Below are positions 1-12,169 of a DNA stretch of 64,000 bases, in pieces. The position numbers were made by a program, and so were the translations under genes. The stretch is from Mobula hypostoma (Eukaryota). Numbering within the stretch: the stretch's first letter is position 1; the number at the start of each line of letters is the position of its first letter. A model generated the notes under the pieces. That model was not told where the DNA came from and did not search any database. It saw only the letters and a program-made list of their open reading frames with translations. The DNA is taken from NCBI RefSeq assembly GCF_963921235.1, contig NC_086111.1, positions 54,870,001 to 54,934,000 of the forward strand, read 5' to 3'.

Positions 1-62
1 TCTCCTTGAGTTTGCTTCACTATTCAATATCATGGGTGATCAAACCATGACAGCTGTACCAT

Positions 63-660
63 GCACATCAATACTCACATCCTTCTACAGGTGCGCATTA
101 GAGAGCATCCTAACACGCTGTATCACTGCATGGTACGAAAACTGCACTGCGGCAGAAAGGAAAGCTCTACGACCGGTGGTCAAAATTGCCCAAAGTATCA
201 CCAGCACAGCCTGCACACCATCAAGGACATATGTACAGACGGGTGCCAGACAAAGGCGAGCAATGTCATGAAGGGTCCCACCCACCCTGCTCATGGACCG
301 TTTGTCCCACTCGCATCAGCGAGGTGTCTATGTAGCATCCACGCCAGGACACAAGACTGGAAGACAGTTACTTTCGCCAAGCAGTAAGGCTGATCAACAT
401 CTTCACCCACTAACCTACACCTCTCCCCATCAACCCTCCTCACCATCATTTCCTGCCAGTCACACTCTCCTGTGCCTAGCATCACTTTATGGACATACAA
501 TCTATTTATATAAACAAACTATCTTATGTATTTTAATTGTGTTTTTTACTGTGTTTTATATCTTATTGCATTTTTTGGTGCTGCATCAGATCCGGAGTAA
601 CAATTATTTCATTCTCCTTTATACTTATGTACCGGTGATAACTTTAAACAATCATGAATA
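63..660 (+). mobile_element. Rex1/Babar-type (L2-group) LINE 3' fragment
   Basis: FYRCALESILTRCITAWY...RKAL motif of the RT C-terminal (DUF1891-type) region, followed by a T-rich 3'UTR. Frameshifted. Confidence 0.8.
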
Positions 661-739
661 GTCCACATATCTGCCTTCCTGAACTTTCTCCATTGTCTAG
701 ATTTCCTTACTGATTAGAAATCTAACTGATTGATTGACT

Positions 740-1265
740 GGTTGCCTGTTTAGCCAATGATGACATATGAAACCTGGCAAGAGAGCTCATAAAGTGAAAA
801 AGCTATTGCACTGGGAGCATTCCACTCTTGACTGTGGAAGTCCGAATCTAGTGGTGTGAGTAGTCATCACAACTGGGGTCATCCTTGGTTACGGTGGATG
901 ACCATGACTTCTTCTGCACCCTGTCATGGCCTTCTCTCTCCATGAAGTGTTGCAGAACTGCCTTTGGGAGCGTTGGATCTCACTGTTGATCTCATTCCCC
1001 CCCAACCCAGTCCATCAGAGCTGACTTCGTAAACTCGGACAGGCATGTCCTTATCACACAGGGAGGGGTAAGAGACCTGTTGGCTACCCTCACTTGGTTT
1101 AGCCCGCTTGTCGATGTGGTACACCAGGCTGTGGCCGCTTTCGCACGCAAACGGTTACTTCGAGCTACATAGAGAGCTGAGTGCCTGGCGGGGACCAAAA
1201 GTGAGTGAGCTGCCTCAGAATGGACACATGTCCTTTCACTGGAGATGATACCCCTCCCTGGACAC
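740..1265 (-). mobile_element. RTE-related non-autonomous element, copy 1
   Basis: Its reverse complement aligns by eye with 9628-9870 (CAGGGAGGGGTA...TTTGGTCCCC...CAGCTCTC...GCGGCCACA...GGTCATCCAC). RTE assignment is from recall. Confidence 0.6.
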
Positions 1266-1369
1266 ATTATACAGCACAGAAATCTATCTATCTCAGCCTT
1301 AAATGTACCTGAGGACTTTGCCCCCATGCATCTGTGACAGGTAGTTATAAAGAAGAAATTTAAGACTTT

Positions 1370-1910
1370 AAGACATAGAAGCAGGACTGGGCCCATTGGC
1401 CCATCGAGTTTTCTCTTCCATTTGATCACATCTGATTTATTTTCAATTTCTACCTCATTTTCTTGCCTTCTCTCCACAACCTTTGACACCCTGACTAATC
1501 ACAAACCTATCAAACTCCACCTTCGATATACCCAATGACTTGGTCTCCATGGTCACCTGTGGCAATGAATTCTACAGATTTACCATCCTCTGGCTAAAGA
1601 AATTCCTCCTCATCTCTGTTCTAAAGAGACATCCTTCGATTCAAAGGAAGTGCCTCTAGTCCTAGATTCCTCTACTGTAGCAAAAATCCTCTCAGCATCT
1701 CTAGACCCCAAGATTGAGCAAACTATCAACTATCTTCCTAATAGTAGAAGCCCTTCATATCTGGAATCCTGCTAATAAATCTTTTCTGTACCAGCTACAG
1801 TGAAATAATGTCTTTCCTCAAATAGAACAGCCAAAATTATTCATAATTTTCTGCTCATGTTCCATACTTAATTTGCCAACATTTTGCCCACTCACCTAAA
1901 CTATCAATAG
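1370..1910 (-). mobile_element. Degraded CR1 LINE 3' end
   Basis: GGCCCATTGGCCCATCGAG-type CR1 tail and FFSQRMVNL-like C-terminal coding remnant on the - strand. Confidence 0.7.
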
Positions 1911-4900
1911 TTTTCCTTAATTACTTGTGTTCACCATGCAACTTGCCTTCCTACCTCTTCTTGTATCATCCATAGACTGGTTATTATATACTCACTTCCT
2001 TCCTTATTTCTACAGTGTTAGAATGATGGCTATGCCATTGCCTGAATCTGCTAGTAAAATAGAAACTGGGACGTTCAGTTTGCGATGTTGCAGCAAAGCC
2101 ACTTCATTCAAGTCAGATGATTCCACTGCAATAAATAAGACTTAAATCTCGCAAAAGTGTATGGTGTTAGACTTCTGTCTTGAGCAAGGCTTCTGTTGAA
2201 GCATGGAGAAGATTCAAGAGTACTGAAGAACCAATGAATTATCTTCCTTAAGTTTCAAATTACTGATGTGAGTTAACACAGTGTGGTTAAAACTGAGGGG
2301 CTTAGAAGAGAAAGGGTTAAGTTAGACATGTCGACTTTATAACATTAAAAGGGTCAGCAGAGAAGGGGAAAAGCCCCATGTCCACAGGAAGCACAGTGGC
2401 TACAGGCAGAGGACTTGCAGAAACATAAAGATGAGAAGCTTTAAGGATTCAATTTTGAAAATAGCAATTGAAAGAATATTGGAAATAATATTGCTGTAGT
2501 AGCTTATTGGCCTGTTCAAGTTTAGGATTTAACTGATATTTAGGAACATATATGTAACATCACATATTATAATTATATACTGTACAGTTGAGGTAATAAT
2601 TTTAGTAGAGTACATTTGATAATTATATTTGAGTTCTACAGGAGAGATGATTCATTTAGGTTATCATTATCTGGAACAGATGCTTCAGAAATGGTATATT
2701 TAATTTATGTTCATTATCATAAGTTTGTCTGTTTGAAGAGAATTCAGTTTAAAGAAAGCACATGCTCATTTAACAACTGTGTATACCATGTAATACAACT
2801 TATGTTACCCAGTTGAACTGTTAGTTGATGTTAAGTGCCTTAGTAACCAGCAACACAAAACAGCCTATAACACTATAATTGTATTCCAGTTTATGTTAAG
2901 TAACCCACATTATATTCTTAGTACATTAACATACCTGCAGAGATGCAGTACCAATTAAATCATTCACAATGGGTTCGCCTTCCTCAAGGGGAATGTTCTT
3001 TTTTGGCATAATTTGGAAATTATTTTCACAATTCTGAAGCACCATCTCCAATGGCACCCAGCTCATCAACCAATTTTGGGCATCTGAAATAAGACCAGAA
3101 ATTGCTGACAATACTCGGAAGGTCTGGATCATCTGTTAATGTTTCAAGTAGAGGATCCTTCTTCAAAACTGAGAAGGAGAGAAGAGAAAATTTCTTATCA
3201 AATGGTGTCCAACCCACCTTAACAAATGGGGTTACATTTAGATAAATATAAATCTTTATTAATCCACCAGTCATTGTTTAATTTACCATCAAGCTGAGTG
3301 ACTGAAATCACGAATTATTGCCAAATCATCAAGGAAGAAGCTTCATCACTATTGGTTTACTAAATTCTATTTATTAATTGCAAAGTGCTTTACGACAAAC
3401 ATGAAAAGCACTCTCCAGGCAATTTATAGGGCCACATTGCTACTGCTCTTCATCCTAAATGTGTAGTGAAAGGAAGATATCAGTCAGGTGCCAGCTGGAC
3501 ATCAGTTCCTTGCTCTAAGAATCAAAGCAATTTAGTACAGTCTTGCGGTGAGTTTGTGCATTAGCTTACAATGACCAGCATTTCTGCAATAGCTACCTGG
3601 GTCTATACTCTTGGATATTTTTGAAAGGGTAATTTGGTGACTACAGATACAATGCCTCCCTGAGAGCCACCTACATCATCCATACTAGCTTCTGCAATTC
3701 CATTGTACTAGACATTTCCTCACCATGGCAATGCATCTCTGCAGAGACAGGTTACTGGGCAGCACTGAAACTGCTAAGGCCAGCATGACAGCTGTCTCAG
3801 TCTGATACCTTTACATGATTGAACCAATCTCGGGGCAGATGGGTGTAATAGACTGTGAAATAGGGCAGAAATCAGTTCTGCTTGATTTCTACCCATCTTG
3901 CACCTTGCTTGATTTTTTGTCTGCGGCTTTGACAACAGGGAGAGCCGCTGACTAAAACAAGAATAAGCTTCATCTATAAATTTTAATGCAATTAAAATTA
4001 CATCACTAGATGCCAGCACAACTGTGCAACCTTTCTTCTCCTGGTTCTCAGCCTGGTCTCAAACTACCCATGGTGTATAATGTCTTGCACTTCTAAATGA
4101 CACTCATTTGAGGAACCGAGTTCCAGCTACTGGATATAATTTACGATTTCTTAATGTTCCTTACATAAAGGGATTTGATGATTATTAGATTGGAGTCCCT
4201 GATCTAAATGCTGAGCACATAAATATTTCCATGACTGTAATAAGCCTTTCAAAATTCTCTCAAGTTGTGGATGTCACTGGCAAGGTTCACTCATTGCTCA
4301 TTCATATTTACAATTGAATGTCTTACTCAGCTGCCTCTAAGAACCTGTGAAAGTCAATCTCATTGATAAAGGCACTGAAGTCACATATAGGTCAGAACTA
4401 GTCAGACGAGTAGCTTTCTGAAGAAACAGCTGGTTCCTTTGAACAATCGAACAGTTTTATGATCGTTTTGCTGGTACCAGCTTTTTATTCAAATTCAAAT
4501 TCCCTGAATATCATGGTGGGATTTGTACTTCACATTCCCTAAATTACAGGTCTTCGGATTATTAGTCTTGTAACACAAACAAAATGCTATCCTGTCACCC
4601 ACTCCTGTGATGGCACATTAGCAGCATCTGCCCCGAACTGCCTGGGAAATCTCAGTGCCACACCATCCTATTCCAATGTACAGCGCAGTTTGAATCCTAT
4701 CACCAGAAAATGACTTGCAATGCCCTCCTTTATTTATAAGCAACCAACTCCAGATACAGCAAATATCATTAAGCAGAAGACGTACCGAGAAGCAAATGAT
4801 GTTTCTGTGCTTGCTTTTCCAGGTTGCACTCTTTCCCATGTTGTTCCTTTTAATTTTGGTTCTTCCTATAACTTGAAAGCAAACGTTTAAAATTTCTAGG

Positions 4901-5029
4901 CTGTCTTCTATAAACTTAGTATTGGTAAATAATTATGGCAATAATTCAGCTAATATAAATGTTGTTGTGAACAAAACTCTCCCAGAAGATATATTTTATT
5001 CAAAATAACAGTAGACAAAATACTGTAAA

Positions 5030-6450
5030 ATATAGAACATACAACAATACAGCACACTACAGGCCCTTTGGCCCAAAATGTTGTGCTGACCTTTTAACCT
5101 AGTCTAGGATTAATCCAACCCTTCTCTCCTACATAGCCTTCCACTTTTCTATCATCCATGTGCCTGTCGAAGAGTTTCTTAAATGTCCCTAATGTATCTG
5201 CCTCTCCCGGGCCATTCCGTGAACCCACCATTCTGTAAAAAAAGACTTACCTCCGACATCCCCCTATACCAGGGGTTCCCAAGCTGGGATCCACAGAACC
5301 CTTGCTCAATAGTATTGGTACATGGCATAAAAAAGATTATGAACCCTTGTCCTATACTTTCTTCCAATCATTTTAAAACTATGCCTTCTCATATTAGTCA
5401 CTTATTATTATCTTGTACACCCCTATCAAGTTCTGCCTTGATCTCCTTCACACCAAAGGGAAAAGCCCTAGCTTGCTCAACTCGTCTTCATAAAAAATGC
5501 TCTCTAATCCAGACAACATCCTGGTAAATCTGCTCTGCACATCCTTCCTATAATGATGTGACCAGAACTGAGCACAATACTCCAAGTGTGGTCTAACCAG
5601 TTTTATAGAGCTGCAGCAGTACCTCCCGGCCCTTGAACTCAATCCCCCAACTAAATGAAGTTCAACCCACCATGCGCCATTTTTAACTGCCCTATCAATT
5701 TGTATAGTACAGGCCCTTCAGTTCATAATGTTGTAAGAGCAGAAGAAATAGGAGCAGGAGTAGGCTATCTGGCCTGTCGAGCCTGCTCCGCCATTCAATA
5801 AGTTCATGGCTGATCTGGCCATGGACTCATTCCTACCTACTTGCCTTTTTTTCCATAACCCTTAATTCCCCTGCTACGCAAAAATCTATATAACCTTGTC
5901 TTATAGATACCTATTCAACCTTGCCTCCTCTGCTTCATTGGGCAGAGAATTCCACAGATTCACCACTCTCTGGGAAAAGCAGTTCCTCGTCATCTCCATC
6001 CTAAATATTCTCCCCCAAATCTTGAGGCTATGTCTCAACCTCTTAATCTACTCCAAGATCAATTTATCCCTTCCCTCCTACATAGTCCTCCATTTTTTTC
6101 TATCAACCACATGCCCATCTATGAGTTTCTTTAATGTCCCTAATGAATCTGCCTCTACTACCACCCCTGGCAGGGCATTCCATGCACCCTCTACTCACTC
6201 TGCAAAGATCATAGCCAAAGGCACAGCATTCTCTTCCTTCGCTTACTGATGTAACCTGCAGTATATACCATCTGGGCCCAGGGACTGATCTACCCAATGT
6301 TTTTTTAAAAGTTCCAGCACATCCTCTTTTTTAACATCAACATGTTCTAACATATCAGCCTGTTCTACACTGTCCTCACAAGCGTCAAGGTCCCTCATGA
6401 AGCATAGTATTCATCAAGGATCTCCCTACCTACTCTGACTCCAGGCACAT
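5030..6450 (-). mobile_element. Stack of CR1 LINE 3' fragments
   Basis: LVRPHLEYCAQFWS...RFTRML motif (ORF 5448..5642) and several repeated CR1 3' tails. Confidence 0.75.
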
Positions 6451-6479
6451 GTAAAAGAAATAAAGAAATCCCTTCTACC

Positions 6480-6960
6480 AGTGTCCTATCCATTAATTCA
6501 TACCTCTCCAGACAAACTGTTACCAATGCAGCCTGTGGGGCACAGTTTTTACACATACTGCCATGCCAGTAAGCAACTAGTTCACAGCATCATACTCATG
6601 TATACAACGTTCCTCCAGACCAAAGTGCACAATATATAGACCTCACACATATATTACCACAAATAAGTTAACAAATAATATGGTGCCTTTACAACACAAG
6701 TTAAAAAGTAAACAGTATAACGCTACCGTAAGGGCATTCAGTAGTCTGTTTCACATCCCAACAGCTCTTGTCTTAAAGCTATAGTACCTTCTGCCTGATG
6801 GTAGGGGATCAAAGAGATTGTTGGATGGATGGGAGGGATCATTGATCATTGACCCTGTATATGCAGTGCACCTGATAAATATCTCCAATAGGTGGAAGAG
6901 ATACTCTGATAATCCTTTCAACGGTCCTCGCAATCCTTTGTAGGGACTTGCGGCCAAATT
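6480..6960 (-). mobile_element. Rex/Babar-type LINE 3' fragment
   Basis: RKSLQRIARTVERII and DPSHPSNNLFDPLPSGRRY motifs. Confidence 0.75.
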
Positions 6961-9619
6961 GGTGGTGGGGGGAGGCCTCACTCGCCCCAATCTCCTCAGG
7001 AAGTACCATTCTGAAAAAGAACAACATTTACTCTTTTCATTAATTTCAAATGAACAAAAGCCTCAATCATATGATGAATAAGATCAATCTTTAAATGCAA
7101 TACTTTTGTGCCTTGCAAATGCCAAAAAGGAGCACCAGAAAATGTCTATCTCTCCTGTTCTGTTGTTGTCCAAAGTACACCTTGAACCTACAAGATATAA
7201 CAAGCAGTTCATATTTGTTCCTCTCACGGCAGAAAATGTCAGAAAATAAATCATAGCTCATAGCTCTAGGAAGGTGATATTCTTTCTGAGTTTTTGTCAT
7301 CCTATCCACCTACAGCCCTGTCAGAAGTTTGGGGTCCTTGGAGTGTGAAGGTGATTTCCATGAGGAACTTTGCAAGACTTATTGTTGCCTATACTTTTAA
7401 ATGTCATTGTTAGAGAGTGGAGGAAGAAGAGAACAAATTAGTAGTTTTGTTGAATGAGAAGAATGTGGAAGAATGGTACCTACTTAGTCTCCCATGAGAG
7501 TAAAGAAAAACTCCCTGCGCTGAGTATAAGACTACATTTTGTCAGAGAAGCTGTACTAGATCTCACGGTAACAAGAGGTTTCCAAGATAAGCCAAACCCT
7601 ACCTATGCATCAAAGACCATTGCAGAACTAGAAGCACCATGATCCAGCTCTTACATATCAGCCAATCTGCAGTCCATTCAACCATAAATCAGCTGTTGAT
7701 AGCTTGAAAAGAAATTGACTTCATAGTCAGGCACGATATAGGATATTATAGATCAGCCACTAATGACCCCAACCAATTGTTCTTTCCAAAAGCAAAGTCA
7801 CCTTCCTCAGGGACATATAAAACAACTGTATTGGTGTCTGGAACCTGCATAGGATCTCCAAAGTGCAGAGCATCATAGAATACTCACATGCAGCACTCTG
7901 CACCTCCATCCACAGTACTGAAGTCATGATTTATGGAGGATATCAATCTTTGTCTTGTTAGTTTATGATTACCTATCTCCCTCTGCCTGCATTCCCAATA
8001 GCAAACGTGATGCTGCCTTCCATTCCTTTCACTTCTTTTACACGGGGCATTAAGAACATGTTTAGCTTCTTGTGAGGCATGACTTCTGTGATCCTAATCA
8101 GCTGTATTGCACTAAGTACTCATTCTTTCCTTAATTATAGATTCTTATAACTTCCCCAAGATAGATATTAAAGCAGCAGATTACTAACCTGCTAGTTTCT
8201 CTCCCTCACCTTTCTTCAGTAGTGGACTTATCTTTGTAATTTTCAACCTAAAGTGACAATTTCTGAATCAAGGGAGCTTTAAAAATTATGCCTCTGCAAT
8301 TTCCCATCTGTTTCCTTTATAATCCTGAAGTGGAAGTAATCAGGTTCCCAGGCACTTGTCAGTTTTTAATGATATTCTCTTTTCTAATGCAATTTCCTTT
8401 CTTTTTTTCCAAATATATGCATTTTAATGATCCAGTTCTACAAAAATGCACCAGCCAGCATTCGTTAATTGTACTATAAGTTTCAAATGTGACATAGCGT
8501 GATATTGTAATGGAAAGTACTAATGATCCTTACATGACTCATATATGCAGAGACATGGCAAACAAGTCAGCAACAAATGAACAAAGTAACAATGAAACAA
8601 TTAGTCTACTTCTAAAACTATATTTGCCGCAATTACTTATGGCCTCCCTAAAGACAAAACTACAAATACCTTTTCTTGAAGTATTATCAACAAAACAAAA
8701 CTGACACACTTCAATAGACATAACAGCTTGGAAGTCACGATTCTCCATTGATGTTATATCATGGATGCCTATTTGCCTTGAGGGCGCAAGACACATCTGT
8801 TACATCAACACACTTGCAGGCTTATCTTCTAATTCAGTCAGAAAATCAAATGACTAACTTTCATCATTGCTACAGTACTAGGAGTTCACCCCATATTCCT
8901 CTTATTTTCTGAAGAATTGTTATGCTTACAGACAGACTATCCACTTCATTTACTTTCATTTGAAGAAAAATTTTCACCAAGACAAATTTGGCGCCTTTCA
9001 AAGTATAGGCTTGCCAATTTTCCTTTTTTATAGTTCAGTGCCCTCTATAATCTGTCTTTCTGAGTTATTGGATCACAAAGAAAGATGCTTGCTGGAGCAG
9101 CAAAGGAACAACCTTATTTATATCCTAAAGCCACCAGCAATTGTTGTATAACTGAATTCCATTTCACCATGTTATGGACTTCTATTAAAAATTATTGTAC
9201 AAAAACAATTATAGTCTATAAATGAGTAAATACTAGAAGTCTTAGTCACTATAAGTGACTTGCATTACTTTAACAGTGTTAGTTCTCACAGAATTTGCTT
9301 TGACAACAAAGCAAAAACACATCAGCAAATCTGGATATGTATTACATAATTAAGGATGCCAGCTTTCTCTTAAAAGGGAATAACTTCCGATCTGATATTT
9401 TCCCTGGGTACTTCATCCCTTTCCTTGCCAGCTGTTTGTAACTCAACCGGCCTATTTAGGACCTTGATGTTGTGTTTTATTCTGATTATTTTTGGATTAC
9501 ATATAAGTACCATCAGCAGGACCATTCACCCCTAAACAACCTTCAGTTCAGCTAATCTGCTGTTGGAACCATCTTCCATGGCATTTTTTGCTTTCACCCA
9601 TTCATTATCTTTGTGGCTG

Positions 9620-10192
9620 TATGGGGCGTCAGGGAGGGGTAGCACCTCTGGTGGGGGAACATGTCACGTCCTTCTCAGGGCGGTTAGTCCACCTTTGGTC
9701 CCCACCTGGAAGTCAGCTCTCACCTGTGGCTCCCCGTAGCTGTTTGCATGTGACAGCGGCCACACCCCCGAAGGTCCAACAGTCAAGAAGGCAGTCTCTG
9801 CAAGCGTTGTGGAATGTACAGAGCAGGACAAGACACAGAAGACGTCCTGGTCATCCACTGCGCCTAGTCCCATCTCCAGCCGTCTTGACTCTTGTCTTAC
9901 CACGAGATCCAGTTGGGAATTGGGAAGAGAGAGTGAGGCTGACGCTACGCAACTCTCCCTCACCTAAATCCAAATCAAGCACTAGTCTCGACACCATCAA
10001 AAGCCGGCTGGTGCCGCTGTGACATCAGCGCCGGACTCTGGGAGCGAAGGTTCCCGAGTTCGAATCTAGTCGAGCCGTTCCCGGGCACGCTTTCCATCCG
10101 TGCCGGGTTGAGTGTCGAGCTAGCAACTCAACCCCATTAAAAAAAAAGTACTAATGGTGTCGAGGTCTTCATCGATGACAATGGATGAACCT
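9620..10192 (+). mobile_element. RTE-related non-autonomous element, copy 2 (interrupted by a SINE)
   Basis: Homologous to 740-1265 with an internal deletion. Its 3' stem CTCGACACCAT/ATGGTGTCGAG is split by the SINE. Confidence 0.6.
10003..10147 (+). mobile_element. tRNA-derived SINE
   Basis: A-box-like TGGTGCCGCTGTG, B-box GAGTTCGAATC and A-rich end. Related copies at 23821 (+) and 33856 (-). Confidence 0.75.
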
Positions 10193-10499
10193 TTTTTACC
10201 TTTGTGGCTGACTTCCCATCTTTCACAATCCATTCAAAATTGTATTCTAATTTACATCATGTTCCACTCACCTATTACTTCTTTGCTTTTGCAGGCATTA
10301 GTCTTGGTCTAGCAATGTTGAAATTTAAAATTCACACCTTTCTCTTCAAATCCCTCTTTTTTTGTCCTGTAACTTTAACATATACAATCGTTTAAGGTAA
10401 TTGTGCCCCTCCAATTCTGGTCTTTTATATGTTCTCTGTTTTAATCATGCCAATATCGATAACAATGCCTTCAATTTATTGATTTATTTAAAGATACTG

Positions 10500-10752
10500 T
10501 GTGGCATAGGCCCTGCCAGCCCTTTGAGCTGCACTGCCCAGCAATGCCCAATTTAACTCCAACCTAACTTACAATGATATTTAACCTACTAACCGATATG
10601 TCTTTAGACGGTGGGAAGAAACCGCAGAGCCTGGAGAAAACCCATGGATTCCATGGGGAGGACATACAGATTCCTTACAGATGATGTCGGCATTGAACTT
10701 CAATGGCCCAAGCTGTAGTAGCATCGTGCTAACCACTACACTACCGTGGCCT
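10500..10752 (-). mobile_element. V-SINE/HE1-like tRNA SINE
   Basis: - strand head CACGGTAGTGTAGTGGTTAGCAC, central GGGTTTTCTCC...AAAGAC...TAGGTTAA block and CR1-like tail. Confidence 0.65.
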
Positions 10753-12169
10753 TCTTTAGGCCGAGTTCTGTAATTTACTCAAGCTTCTCTGTCAATCTAC
10801 TTCTCACTTGACTTCACACTCTTCTTTCAAATCTAAATCTTTGACTGAAGTTCTATCCTAAAATCTGCTTATGTGTTTAATTATATTCCTGCCTTTCACG
10901 TACATAATGCACATTTATGGTTCTATATAAATGCAAATTGCCTAGGACCGTCCTGGTCAATCTTGTATTCACTTGCAAGTTCCATTGATGTGATGCTTAG
11001 AGGAGGAATGCAGAGATTATGTATTGCAGTCTTAAGAGACAATGCCGCCTGTGATAACTTGGCTATCAGCTATTCAAAACTGAAATCGATTCCTGAAGTA
11101 GATAGCCAAGCAATCTTATACCCTTCTATCTGTAGCCAGCACTGACTATTTGACAGCTCCAATTACTCCATTTTACATAAATTTTATTTTGAACAGTTCT
11201 CCAATAGTGAATAGACTCCTACAGAAAATTTTCAAGCGCAGAACAGCAGCTCAACACACCATTACTAAAATGTGGGTAGCAGATATTATTGAATGTAGAA
11301 GTTAAGATAAAAGTTTTTAAAAATTAGCAATGTTTTGCATATCTGCAGTTCACATGCTGAATAAAGGCTTTTGTACATTGTACTTCCTGTGGACATAAAA
11401 TAAATTATAAGCAATGCTGATTTACATAGTTTTTTCTCTAATGCACAAATGATTTTCACTATTAATTTCAGAATACTGATTAATGTATTGCCACATGAGA
11501 TATTTGAATTGCAGAGGCTTCTTCAACAAATTAATACTTACAGTTCTTACAGTTTGAAAATGAACATTGCCACCTGGTGGTATACAATCCCAACAATAAT
11601 ACTGTATTCTAACTAGTATTCATCAGATAATTCTGTTCTTCAAAAATTCTACAATGCATTGAAGGAATTAATCTATTTTAACCAAATTAGTTTAGTAAAA
11701 TTCATCATCAGGAATATACAATGCATTATCTCCATATCAAAACAACTCATACATAGTTTTAAAAGCAATTACAGAAAAAATTGCAAAACTCTTGTGTGAC
11801 TATGGCACAAACTCAGCAGCAGATAAAGGCACTGTATAACTGTAAAATCAAATAACTTTTGGTAATTTTAATAAAATATTTTTTTAAATTTAGAGGTTAA
11901 TAATAAATGCATTTTTCTCACATCTGGAGAAAACTAAATACACAGTTAATACTTAGGCCTAGAGCTTGTTGTGAACATTTGATTTTTTTTAAACTTCTGA
12001 TTTGACATTTTCAGAAACAAAGTCACACTTAGGTTTTAATAAATGGTTTACTGAAACATTTGCACACATTCAAAGGAAGATACATTTGTGTGAATCCCCA
12101 GAGCATCTGGGGAGCCTGTGATCTTTCTTTCAGAGGCAAATATCAGAATATCCTTCAAGAGGGTGAATT

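Noticed and set aside
7091-7642. Short ORFs and exon-like segments on both strands
   Set aside because: Splice phases did not chain consistently and no homology was recognisable.
10003-10075. Possible tRNA gene
   Set aside because: Has A/B boxes but no proper cloverleaf and continues into a SINE body shared with other copies.
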